A stretch of 19,813 bases of DNA from NCBI GenBank assembly GCA_040235515.1, contig JBECKX010000190.1:1-19813 (forward strand). Reading direction: 5' to 3'. Positions 8,297-17,021 of this stretch are shown here, piece by piece. Below the pieces are notes generated by a model that had not been told where the DNA came from, searched no databases, and worked only from the letters and a program-made list of their open reading frames with translations. This stretch comes from Candidatus Zixiibacteriota bacterium. Its GTDB lineage: Bacteria > Zixibacteria > MSB-5A5 > CAIYYT01. Each line of letters starts with the position of its first letter. Positions within the stretch are counted from its first letter, which is position 1. Position numbers and translations under genes: made by a program.

Positions 8297-9498
8297 CGCC
8301 CACCCACGACCTTCTTCACATACCAGCCCAGATACTGCTTCAATTCAGCGAACCAGGGCGCCGGGTCATTAAACCTCAACACCGAGCCATGGGTAATCCG
8401 TAAGAAGGTGACAAAGAAGCTGAAAATCGCACCGAATCGCGAGAGCAGGCGCGCTACACCCCGTGTGCCGGGCCGACCACGCCTGAGCACTGCAACCATG
8501 TGATCAAGATCTCCGAGCAGCCACCGGCTAATCACTCCCACCCTGGGGGGAGCGGCCTTTTCCACTGAACCGGTTGTAAATAACTGGCAAAGCAGCACCG
8601 GAAAGTCCACCCCGGAATCGATTGCCAGTTGCAGTGATCCCCACACTCTACAGTTGACCTCCATAATCTTATGCTCACCGGTCACCGAGTCGCGCTTGCA
8701 TTCAACCATTGCCACTCCCTCCCACTCAAGTTCACGCAGAAGTCTGAGTGAATCGGATCGCAACTTCGGGTCGATCGCTACCGATTTGCAGAGCACGCTG
8801 ACACCACCGGTCGGTGGTTTCTCTCGCAGCCGTTCATGTGAAAACTCCGCCAGCGGCTCCCCGTCCCGCAATAGGGCGAAGTATCCACAGCCCACTCCTT
8901 GAACCCTCTCCTGAAGCATCAATGGTTGCGTCGCCTTGTAGTTGCGATACTTAATCAGCGCATCCTCGGCGGAATCGACATACACCACCGGGCCACCACT
9001 CCAGCCCGCTTCCGAGAGCATGTGGCTCTGGTGAACTTTCAACACTGCCGGATAGTTGATCGATTTCGCCGCCTCCTCCAGATCACTCTCCGATTTCACG
9101 AGCAGTGTCTCTGGGGCACCCATCCCGATTCTCCTGGCAGTCTCAACGATCAGGTACTTATCAAACGCCTGCATGAATACACGCTTTGGGGGCAGGGCGA
9201 GATTGACCTGCTCCCTGATTTGCCCTTCGATTTCAAGTGTCAGCAAACAGGTCTTGTCAGTGCACGGAATCAGCAGGTCATACTTCGTTTTCCTGAACGA
9301 ATCGACAAGCCATCCCTGAAACTCACGGGGGAAACGACTGGGGCTGGGATAACAGACAACCTGTTTGACGAACCTCGACGCGCCCGCCAGGCACTGCTCC
9401 AGCTCATCACCGACAGTGACTTCATACCCCCTCTTGCCAAGTGATCGCGCTACGGCCAACGCGCTGCGCTGGTTTCCGTCACAAATGAAGATCTTCAT
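8293..9498 (-). CDS. ATP-grasp fold carboxylate-amine ligase of the polysaccharide-locus type
   Basis: ALAVARSLG, AFDK, PETL, YPAVLK, LQERVQG, HERLRE.P..GG.S, GVAMVECK and EVNCRVWGS match ATP-grasp proteins found in EPS clusters. Confidence 0.88.
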   Translation of the reverse strand: MKIFICDGNQRSALAVARSLGKRGYEVTVGDELEQCLAGASRFVKQVVCYPSPSRFPREFQGWLVDSFRKTKYDLLIPCTDKTCLLTLEIEGQIREQVNLALPPKRVFMQAFDKYLIVETARRIGMGAPETLLVKSESDLEEAAKSINYPAVLKVHQSHMLSEAGWSGGPVVYVDSAEDALIKYRNYKATQPLMLQERVQGVGCGYFALLRDGEPLAEFSHERLREKPPTGGVSVLCKSVAIDPKLRSDSLRLLRELEWEGVAMVECKRDSVTGEHKIMEVNCRVWGSLQLAIDSGVDFPVLLCQLFTTGSVEKAAPPRVGVISRWLLGDLDHMVAVLRRGRPGTRGVARLLSRFGAIFSFFVTFLRITHGSVLRFNDPAPWFAELKQYLGWYVKKVVGGR

Positions 9499-9585
9499 CA
9501 GGCCATTCTAGTGTGAGTGCTGATTGCCTGCAATGCAATTGTGTTCGATGAATTGAGCCGGAGTAGGTGATCGTAAATCCCAGAC

Positions 9586-10377
9586 TCAGGCGCTCTTGCG
9601 GATTATTATATAGCGCCAGAAGCATTGTTTTACAAGCCCCTGCAGGAAGGGCTTTGACTCGGCGATCCGCGCCCAACGTCCGGTGACTATCGATTCGCCG
9701 GTCAATCCATGCCTGGCGAACGGCTCGATGATCTTCGCTGATCGCAGATATTGCCGTTCTATCGGGTAGGGGTAACTCTTGCGGAATATACCGCGCGCGA
9801 TCGGCCCTTGCAGCTTGAACGGAAGTAACGCCAGCCCTTTGATACCATAGTGGGGTTCACCCTCGTATACCGATTTCAGCTTGGCTGGCGTGGAGATGAT
9901 GCAGACACCGCCCGGTCGCAATACCCGCGCAACCTCGGCCGCGAAGTCTTCAACCGAAGGAATATGTTCAACCAGTTCGAGGCCGATCACCACGTCGCAC
10001 GATTCTTCCGGCAGGGGGATCTTGAGGCAATCCGCCAGAAATGGATGAACATTCAATTTATGGCTGCGGACAAATTTCAGCAGGTCTTCGTAGCGGTGGT
10101 CGATCAGGTCGCTGATGTAGCAGGTCGGCCCATTAAGCGCGAATGCATACGCGTGCCCGCCCCACGCTCCGGCCGCATCGTAGACCACCTTGCTCTCCAG
10201 CGGGAAATAGTCTGAGGCTACCAGCTTCGCCAGGCTCACGCCATTCTCGAAGCACGACATTCGCCAGTTACCGGCCGGCGATAGCTCCGCGTCCGGATCG
10301 CGCTCCTCCAGTATGTTAAAATATTCTTTCAGGTCTGCTCTGAAGCTCTCGATATCCTGCGTCATCTCATCCTTCAA
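9586..10377 (-). CDS. Class I SAM-dependent methyltransferase (Methyltransf_11-like); start may be the ATG at 10365
   Basis: ADCLKIPLPEESCDVVIGLELVEHI and EVARVLRPGG motifs. Motif I is atypical (VYDAAGAWGG). AAGGA lies upstream of the ATG at 10365. Confidence 0.85.
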   Translation of the reverse strand: MKDEMTQDIESFRADLKEYFNILEERDPDAELSPAGNWRMSCFENGVSLAKLVASDYFPLESKVVYDAAGAWGGHAYAFALNGPTCYISDLIDHRYEDLLKFVRSHKLNVHPFLADCLKIPLPEESCDVVIGLELVEHIPSVEDFAAEVARVLRPGGVCIISTPAKLKSVYEGEPHYGIKGLALLPFKLQGPIARGIFRKSYPYPIERQYLRSAKIIEPFARHGLTGESIVTGRWARIAESKPFLQGLVKQCFWRYIIIRKSA

Positions 10378-10626
10378 TGTGGTTTCTCTCTGCCAGACAA
10401 AAACTTATAACTATCTTCAGAACCCTGTTTAACTCTATCGGTTTCAATGCAGAAGACGATTAACTCTTTATCGCCGCAAGAGCCAAATCCGAGATTCCCT
10501 GGCTTGTTGCCCTCCCATTCCTGTATAATCTCTACATTTTGTCGCCCGCCGCGGCGACCACGCGGGGAACAGCTAATATACTGTGCGCACTCTATTAAGA
10601 TTCGGCAGATTGCCGAGAATGATCCG

Positions 10627-10731
10627 AAATTGACCGTAATTGCCATGACTCTATTCGCCATGACTATAATCGCTATGACTATGATTACCATGACCATTTT
10701 CGCCATGACAGAATTCGCTATCACCGCTTCC
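10627..10731. repeat. Degenerate 15-bp tandem repeat, about 7 units, consensus GCYATGACYnnnWTY
   Basis: Units: aaattgaccgtaatt / gccatgactctattc / gccatgactataatc / gctatgactatgatt / accatgaccattttc / gccatgacagaattc / gctatcaccgcttcc. Confidence 0.9.
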
Positions 10732-10789
10732 GTGGCGTGTGCCACCAACAGCCGTGCATCGCTGCAACTGGACGAGATCGTTTAAGACT

Positions 10790-12319
10790 ATGAGTACCGC
10801 CAGGACAATCTTCAAGAATGTGCTCTCGAACTGGGTGGGGTATGCCATCAATGCGATCGTCAGCTTCTTTATCGCACCCTTCATTGTGCACAGCCTCGGC
10901 AATACCGGCTACGGCATCTGGACCCTCTCCGCCTCGATCGTCGGCTATCTCGGCATCCTCGATTTTGGCATCCGACCAGCTATCGTCAAGTATGTTTCTC
11001 ACTACCACACGCTAAAAGACCCCGACAATCTCAACGCTGTGATGAGCACGGTATTTTACGTTTTCTGCGGACTGGGGTTGATCGTGCTTGCCCTCACGGG
11101 AGTCGTTGCCTTCTTCGCCAACAGCCTCTTCGAAGTGCCTGAGTTGAAACAGGGCGTGTTCCAGATCGTCGTTCTCATCGTCGGCGTCAACCTCGCCATC
11201 AGCTTCCCCTTCGGTGTCTTCGAGGCGGTACTGGCGGCTCTGCAGCGCTTCGAGATTCGCAATGCCATTCAGATAGCCAACCTGCTGCTGCGTACCGTGG
11301 TTGTGGTAATCGTGCTGAACAACGGCGGTGAAGTCATCGCGCTGGCGGTCATTGCCCTCTGTTCATCCTTCGTGGGATTCATAGCGAAGGCAATCGCCTG
11401 CTACAAGGCGCTGCCGTCGCTCCACATCAAGTGGGACCTCAAGAGCCGCGCGACACTCAAGACGATACTCAGTTTCAGCGTGTATGCCTTCCTGATGGGT
11501 ATCTCGATGCGCATCTCGTTCCAAACGGACTCTATCGTGATTGGTGCGTTCCTCTCAGCCAGCGCGATCACCTTCTTTGCCGTCGGCGCAAATCTGGTCG
11601 AATACCTCACCGGCATTGTCAGCCAGGTGACCACCACCATCACTCCGGTAGCTTCAGCGTTAAACGCCCGCAACGCCATCGACAAAATGCAAATCCTGCT
11701 GATCACGGGGAGCAAGTATCTGCTCCTGATTATCCTGCCGGTCGGAACGACCTTCATCATCCTGGGGGATGTCTTCATCTCCCTCTGGATGGGAACTGAA
11801 TATCGCGAGCCGTCGTCTGCCGTACTGACAATTCTGACGATCTCGTACTTCGGATATCTCACTCATTTCATGGCGGCATCTATACTTTACGGCCTCGGGC
11901 GACTCAAAGTAATCACGATCCTCACTGTCGCCGCAGCGATCGTGAACATCGTGCTCAGCATCATCCTGGTAGGACCCTATGGAATCAACGGCGTGGCCTG
12001 GGGAACGACGATTCCCCAACTGCTGCTCAGCACCATTTTCTATCCGGTCTATATTTCGCATGTTGTCAGAATCGGCGTGCTGGAGTATTTACGGAAGTCG
12101 CTCGCGCCGCCAATCCTCACCGCCGCCATTTTCGTGGGCGGGCTTTATCTGTTGAGAGAATATGTTACCTACTCCAATCTCGCGCAGTTCTTCCTCCACA
12201 TCGCGCTGCTCCTGATTCCCTACTTCGCGGTGGCGGCATTCACCTGTCTGGAAGCAGAACACCGGGAGGCTGCAATTCGATATAGCCGGAAAGGGCTGCG
12301 ACTGCTCCTGCGGCGATGA
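10790..12319 (+). CDS. Polysaccharide/oligosaccharide flippase (Wzx, MOP/MATE superfamily)
   Basis: Highly hydrophobic multi-TM protein of about 509 aa from MSTARTIFKN. Has LGNTGYGIW, LDFGIRPAIVKYVS, QTDSIVIGAFLS and YGINGVAWGT, all typical of Wzx. Confidence 0.92.
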   Translation: MSTARTIFKNVLSNWVGYAINAIVSFFIAPFIVHSLGNTGYGIWTLSASIVGYLGILDFGIRPAIVKYVSHYHTLKDPDNLNAVMSTVFYVFCGLGLIVLALTGVVAFFANSLFEVPELKQGVFQIVVLIVGVNLAISFPFGVFEAVLAALQRFEIRNAIQIANLLLRTVVVVIVLNNGGEVIALAVIALCSSFVGFIAKAIACYKALPSLHIKWDLKSRATLKTILSFSVYAFLMGISMRISFQTDSIVIGAFLSASAITFFAVGANLVEYLTGIVSQVTTTITPVASALNARNAIDKMQILLITGSKYLLLIILPVGTTFIILGDVFISLWMGTEYREPSSAVLTILTISYFGYLTHFMAASILYGLGRLKVITILTVAAAIVNIVLSIILVGPYGINGVAWGTTIPQLLLSTIFYPVYISHVVRIGVLEYLRKSLAPPILTAAIFVGGLYLLREYVTYSNLAQFFLHIALLLIPYFAVAAFTCLEAEHREAAIRYSRKGLRLLLRR

Positions 12320-12387
12320 CCGCCCAGCATGTCAGTCGGGAAGTCTCTGAGTCGATCATGTTCGCACTCTTCGTATAGCTGGTAAAG

Positions 12388-13362
12388 ATGCTGAAATCCC
12401 GCGTCACACTCCTATTCGTATCACTGCTGATCGTAATCGTGGTCGCTTCGCTGGTACCAACCGGAATGCGTGGGACGATCCTCTGGCGCGAGCTTCAGAA
12501 CTTCGGTCATGTTCCCGCCTACGGCGTCATCGCAGTTGCCTTCCTCGCCGTTTTCCGGCAGTTCAAATCGCTTCGACTGAGCAGACCGCTCGAGTATCTA
12601 GCTGCTGTCGCCGCCGCGACCATGCTCGGTGCTGTCGTAGAAGTGATCCAGTACTTCGGACCGCGCGATGCCGATCCGGGGGATATCCTCCGCAACTTCC
12701 TTGGCGCGACCTCCTTTGTTTTGCTCTTCGCTGTCTGGGAATCTCGCAAACCGCAGCGCCGGTTTAGAGGGAGGTTCACCCGTACCATCATGTTTGTGGT
12801 GGGCTTGCTGACGCTCGGAGCCGCGCTGCAGAGCCCAGTCAGATGGGGTATGGCCTACCTCTACCGCAGCAACCAGTTTCCGGTCATCTGCGATTTTGAA
12901 TCGTACTGGGGCACGATGTTCCTCGTGACGCAGGATGCCCGATTGCAGAGATCAACCGTACCTGATGAATGGTTCGCCCCGGCAGCGGGACCATCCTCCA
13001 ACCACGCAGGTTCGCTGGCTTTGCTTCACGGCGAGTATCCCGGTCTCAGCGTCACCGAGCCGCAACCCGACTGGTCCGGCTACAACTCGCTTCAGTTTGA
13101 AGTGTATTCCGAATTCCCCGATAGCTTCGCGCTCTATTTGCGGATAGATGACATTCACCACAACAACCAATACGAGGATCGGTATACCGGTGGGTTTACG
13201 ATCCACCACGGCCATAACCTCGTTGTACTCCCACTGGAGGATATTCGCACCGCCCCGCGTGGCCGCCAATTCGATCTTCGGCACGTTGCAAAGCTGCTTT
13301 TCTTTATTACCGGGAAACAAGCTCTTCTACAATTCTGGATCGATAATATCAAACTTCAGTAG
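12388..13362 (+). CDS. VanZ-family membrane protein with a C-terminal soluble beta-rich (carbohydrate-binding-like) domain
   Basis: VanZ hallmarks NFGHVPAYG, E.IQ.F.P.R and D..RN..GA. C-terminal region (DFES, YPG, DWSGYNSLQF, LRIDD, WIDNIKL) resembles CBM-type beta-sandwiches. Confidence 0.82.
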   Translation: MLKSRVTLLFVSLLIVIVVASLVPTGMRGTILWRELQNFGHVPAYGVIAVAFLAVFRQFKSLRLSRPLEYLAAVAAATMLGAVVEVIQYFGPRDADPGDILRNFLGATSFVLLFAVWESRKPQRRFRGRFTRTIMFVVGLLTLGAALQSPVRWGMAYLYRSNQFPVICDFESYWGTMFLVTQDARLQRSTVPDEWFAPAAGPSSNHAGSLALLHGEYPGLSVTEPQPDWSGYNSLQFEVYSEFPDSFALYLRIDDIHHNNQYEDRYTGGFTIHHGHNLVVLPLEDIRTAPRGRQFDLRHVAKLLFFITGKQALLQFWIDNIKLQ

Positions 13363-13508
13363 CGCAAAACTGCGATTATTATTATCTTCGCGGCGCATTT
13401 ATTAACCGTACTACTCCTCGTACTAACTCTCGTTCGACTTACACTGGTCAGATTACTTGCAGCAGGCCAAGCGCAAGGCAGGAGACTGAGAATTTCTCGC
13501 AGGGCGAT

Positions 13509-15092
13509 ATGAACCCGATTTCTAACAGGTCAGCCACGGAGATAGCGATACTCTCCCTTCTTTTCTTCGCTGTTGCGGCGGCGGCGATTCTCTTTGCCAC
13601 ATCTGGTTTCGGGACTGCGATCACGCCTGATTCGCTGGCCTATCTCACTGCCGGCGAGCACCTCCTGGAGGGTAAGGGGATGACACTCGCCAACGGTCGC
13701 CCGCTTATTCTCTGGCCACCGTTGTTGCCTGCAATACTTGCCCTGGCCGGATTGCTGGGAATCGATCCCGTCGCGGCTTCCAGGTTTCTCAATGCTATTC
13801 TTCTCGCACTCTCGATCATGCTGGCATTTCGCCTGCAATACCAGGCCTTTTCATCCAAGCTGTTCGCCATCCTCAGTACGCTGTTCCTGCTACTCTCGGC
13901 TTCTCTGATCCGTGTGCACGAGTTTCTGCTGAGCGAGCCGCTCTTCGTATTCTGCTCCACCGCGTTTCTCTATTGTAGCTACTTCTATCTGAAAGATCAC
14001 TCCAGGAGGCACTTCTGGCTGCTTGCTCTTTTTGCAGCCGCTGCTGCATTGACCCGCTATGCCGGAGTTTATCTGATCGCCGCCGGTGCGAGCCTGCTCC
14101 TGCTCGACTCCCAGCTCCGCCTCCGCAGCCGCTTGATCGTAATTGCCCGGTTCGCCCTTGTTTCCGGCGCACCCCTCGCGCTCTGGCTGGTTCGCAATCT
14201 GCTCATTTCAGGCACCCTGACCGGTACCCGTTCGACGACAGAGGAGCAACTGCTGCCGTTCCTGGGTGATGTCGCCCGCCACCTTGCGAATTTTGCCGCA
14301 GGCACATCGACAGCGAGTCGGCTCTTGTTTCTTCTGATGATTCTCGCCCTCCTGCTTGGGGTCTATCTGGGACGCAGCAACATCTCAGCAAACATCAGGC
14401 GAATCGCCAGGCAGGACTCCTTCATCCTGCTCCCGGCAGCATTGCTGATCGCAACCTACATCGCGATATTTGCGATCGCTTCACTCACTGCCGCGATCGA
14501 TCCGCCGAGCGTGAGGATGCTGATCCCTATCTATATTCCGTTACTGGTTGCACTATTCTACATCATCGAGCGCACACTGACCATTATCCGCGGCAGCAGG
14601 GCGGTTCCAATTGCTGCGACGCTGGTTCTCGTCCTTTTTTCATCAATCCTGGTTCTGCGCGCAGGTGCAACCGCTGCAGAAGTGTCAACCTCGCGTTCTT
14701 ACGGTGTCGGAGGATTCACGACCAAACGCTGGATCGAATCACCAACGCTCGCTTATCTCGATTCCACCACACCCAGGGCCCGCCTCGTATCAAATGCTCC
14801 CGAGGCCATTACCTTCCATACAGAACTCCCCGCTCAGCTCAGTGCAATCAGACACGGATTCCTGGCGCCGAGCACAACCGAGCGCGACAATATCGAGGCG
14901 CTGGCGCAACTGGTCAGCATGACCTCGCTGCCGGTTTATCTCGTCTGGTTCGAGGAGGTCGATCGCCCGAATCTCTATGCCCTCAATGACCTGCTCACCC
15001 TTTTCCCCCATGAGGTCGTCAACGAATTCGAGGATGGAAAAATCTATCGCCTCCTCAGCCCTGCAGATATGCAGGGTAAGTCGCTCTGGTAG
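13509..15092 (+). CDS. GT-C fold membrane glycosyltransferase (ArnT/PMT_2-like, lipid-carrier dependent)
   Basis: Multi-TM protein with the first-loop TPDS..Y acidic motif, WPPLLP, LLSEPLF, LTRYAG and W..RN, plus a soluble C-terminal domain. Confidence 0.82.
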   Translation: MNPISNRSATEIAILSLLFFAVAAAAILFATSGFGTAITPDSLAYLTAGEHLLEGKGMTLANGRPLILWPPLLPAILALAGLLGIDPVAASRFLNAILLALSIMLAFRLQYQAFSSKLFAILSTLFLLLSASLIRVHEFLLSEPLFVFCSTAFLYCSYFYLKDHSRRHFWLLALFAAAAALTRYAGVYLIAAGASLLLLDSQLRLRSRLIVIARFALVSGAPLALWLVRNLLISGTLTGTRSTTEEQLLPFLGDVARHLANFAAGTSTASRLLFLLMILALLLGVYLGRSNISANIRRIARQDSFILLPAALLIATYIAIFAIASLTAAIDPPSVRMLIPIYIPLLVALFYIIERTLTIIRGSRAVPIAATLVLVLFSSILVLRAGATAAEVSTSRSYGVGGFTTKRWIESPTLAYLDSTTPRARLVSNAPEAITFHTELPAQLSAIRHGFLAPSTTERDNIEALAQLVSMTSLPVYLVWFEEVDRPNLYALNDLLTLFPHEVVNEFEDGKIYRLLSPADMQGKSLW

Positions 15093-15149
15093 GTTGATCC
15101 AGGTCTCTTGACCCACTTCGTCTGTTGTTGCTCAGTAAATCAAAAGAAC

Positions 15150-15177
15150 TTGCCGAACATTAATCATGACATATATT
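15150..15177 (+). promoter_or_regulatory. Possible sigma-70 promoter for the downstream methyltransferase
   Basis: TTGCCG-16 bp-TATATT in an AT-rich patch, followed by the RBS AGAGGA at 15201-15206. Confidence 0.4.
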
Positions 15178-15208
15178 CAGCGACAATTACCTTGTTCCAG
15201 AGAGGAAA

Positions 15209-15946
15209 ATGGCTAGTAAAGACAGATGGGAAAAGGCCCAGGAGGCCGAGCGCAGCTATTGGCAGCGCGCGTCAAAAACTGTAGCGGAACGGGAGGGACC
15301 CGGTCTCAGCTGGTATGACTGGCGTGCCAAAAACCTCTGCAATCTGGTCGGGAAGGGACTCGGTCCGGAGCGAGCGGATTTTCGCGATGCCGCCGCGCTT
15401 GAAATCGGTAGCGGACCTGTCGGTCTGGTTGCATTTCTCGATGCCCGTGAACGCTATGCGATCGATCCCCTCTGTGAGTTCTACGCCACTCAGCCCAAGC
15501 TGATCGAACACCGCAACCCCGATGTAATCTATCAGCCGTCGCGCGGCGAGTCGCTCGCCTTCGATGATCACTATTTCGACCTGGTCGTTATGGAAAATGT
15601 TATCGATCACGTTGAGAAGGCTGACGACGTGATGCGGGAGATTCACCGGGTGATGAAGCCCGATGGGGTTTTCTTCTTTACCGTCAATCTCCATCCACCC
15701 TGGGGCGCCTTCTGGCACGTGATCATCTCGGCGATCGGGCTTGACCAACCCCACCCGCATACCTTCTCACTCAAGAGTGTGCGGCAGTTCCTGGACAAAC
15801 ACGGCTTCGCCATCAAGCACGAGCAGTGGGAGAATTATCGCGAGAATAAACGTCGCGACTTCAAATCCGCCCGCACCAAGGACAAGCTCAAGGCAATCTC
15901 AGGGCAGACGGAGTTTCTCTACACAGCTGTCGTCGTAAAAAAGTAA
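15209..15946 (+). CDS. Class I SAM-dependent methyltransferase
   Basis: LEIGSGP motif I, IDPL, GESLAF...FDLVV..NVIDHV and EIHRVMKPDG. AGAGGA RBS immediately upstream. Confidence 0.9.
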   Translation: MASKDRWEKAQEAERSYWQRASKTVAEREGPGLSWYDWRAKNLCNLVGKGLGPERADFRDAAALEIGSGPVGLVAFLDARERYAIDPLCEFYATQPKLIEHRNPDVIYQPSRGESLAFDDHYFDLVVMENVIDHVEKADDVMREIHRVMKPDGVFFFTVNLHPPWGAFWHVIISAIGLDQPHPHTFSLKSVRQFLDKHGFAIKHEQWENYRENKRRDFKSARTKDKLKAISGQTEFLYTAVVVKK

Positions 15947-15971
15947 ATCCTGTTTTGGGTTCGATCCGCAG

Positions 15972-16781
15972 TCAGACTGCTGCGGCGCTGGAATGAAGTA
16001 AGCCCGCCTCGGCGATACGAGACAGGTGCTCTTTCCGCAGGAAAAAGTGGTTGATGCTCATCTCCCCCTTCATACGTTTTCGCAACTGGTTGCCGTCATA
16101 CCAGTAAACCCCGTAGCCATGCTTGGCGAAGAACTGCACCAGTGCCGAGGTCGGCGAATCCGGCTCATCGATCTTCCCCGATAGCTCGACTAACCACGAG
16201 GGATGATCGCGCTCGATCGTCGCTATCGCACCCTCGATACACTCCCGCTCATGACCCTCGACATCACACTTCACGAATGCCACCGGCCTGCCGGCATCCT
16301 TGGTGAAACTGTCCAGCATCTCCGAGCGCACCTCCACGGTACGGTTACCATCTTCAGCCGGGCCAACCACAACCTTGGCCTGGTAGAAATTCTCAACCCC
16401 ATCCTTGAAATGCGGTATCTGCATCGCTACCAGTGCCGATTTGTTGGAGAGTGCACGCTGATGGCAATTCACATTCTTCAGTTGGAGCCGTCTGCGTAAT
16501 TCGGTGAGCAGGTCGTAGGTGTCCGGGATCGGCTCGAACGAAATCACCTTGCCCTCTATCCCCACAAACTCCGAAAGGAACCTCGTGTAAATCCCCAGGT
16601 TCGCTCCCGCATCAATCGCAAACTCCCCCTGCCGGACGAGGTGGCGCACGATCGCCAGATCGGGTTCCTCCTCGATCTTGAATTTCGAGATAGCGCGTGT
16701 GTGATACCACAGTTGCACCCTGCGTAAGAGCGAACCGGGCAGCACTCTGTAGGCAATGCGCTTGGCCAGTCTAAGCAACAT
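15972..16781 (-). CDS. FkbM-family methyltransferase
   Basis: IDAGANLGIYT, SFEPIP, ALS, LDS, FVKCDVEGHE...GA and P...VE match the TIGR01444 pattern. Confidence 0.93.
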   Translation of the reverse strand: MLLRLAKRIAYRVLPGSLLRRVQLWYHTRAISKFKIEEEPDLAIVRHLVRQGEFAIDAGANLGIYTRFLSEFVGIEGKVISFEPIPDTYDLLTELRRRLQLKNVNCHQRALSNKSALVAMQIPHFKDGVENFYQAKVVVGPAEDGNRTVEVRSEMLDSFTKDAGRPVAFVKCDVEGHERECIEGAIATIERDHPSWLVELSGKIDEPDSPTSALVQFFAKHGYGVYWYDGNQLRKRMKGEMSINHFFLRKEHLSRIAEAGLLHSSAAAV

Positions 16782-16924
16782 CCTGCGACCCTCTGCCAGA
16801 TCTGAAAACTAAACCAACTTCCGTAAGGCTGCAGGATCGCGTAGTGCGCCGGTTTAGTCAAGCAGATTCGCGCGCCATTGGTTGTAAAATCGATCTAATT
16901 TGTCGATGGAGGGCAGCTTCGGAG

Positions 16925-16964
16925 TTAACAAAAAGCGGTGCCTCCGGGTTCGGAGACACCGCTT
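16925..16964 (-). terminator. Rho-independent terminator of the large secreted-protein gene
   Basis: Minus strand AAGCGGTGTCTCCG-AACC-CGGAGGCACCGCTT followed by TTTGTT. The single imperfection is a U.G pair only in the minus-strand RNA. Located about 57 nt after the stop. Confidence 0.85.
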
Positions 16965-17021
16965 ATGCAAGTGTTCGATCTTCTTTGGAATTCCTGAATC
17001 AGTTCAGCGGTATGCTGCAGC

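Noticed and set aside
10627..10731. CRISPR interpretation of the 15-bp array
   Set aside because: The units are contiguous 15-mers without spacers, and no cas genes are present.
10739..10789. GTG start for the flippase at 10739
   Set aside because: Wzx-like sequence begins at MSTARTIFKN (10790), and the extension is not protein-like.
10374..10902. Other reading frames through the repeat: minus-strand VMA repeats (10374-10748), minus-strand His-rich peptide (10651-10902), and a + frame HDSIR-HDYNR... ending at the flippase ATGA
   Set aside because: Unit variation is mostly non-synonymous in these frames. One overlaps the flippase antisense, and the His/Asp + frame has no standard start codon ahead of the repeat.
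16861..16877. sigma-54-like TGGCGC...TGCT upstream of the FkbM gene (minus strand)
   Set aside because: GG-to-GC spacing is 11 rather than the obligatory 10.
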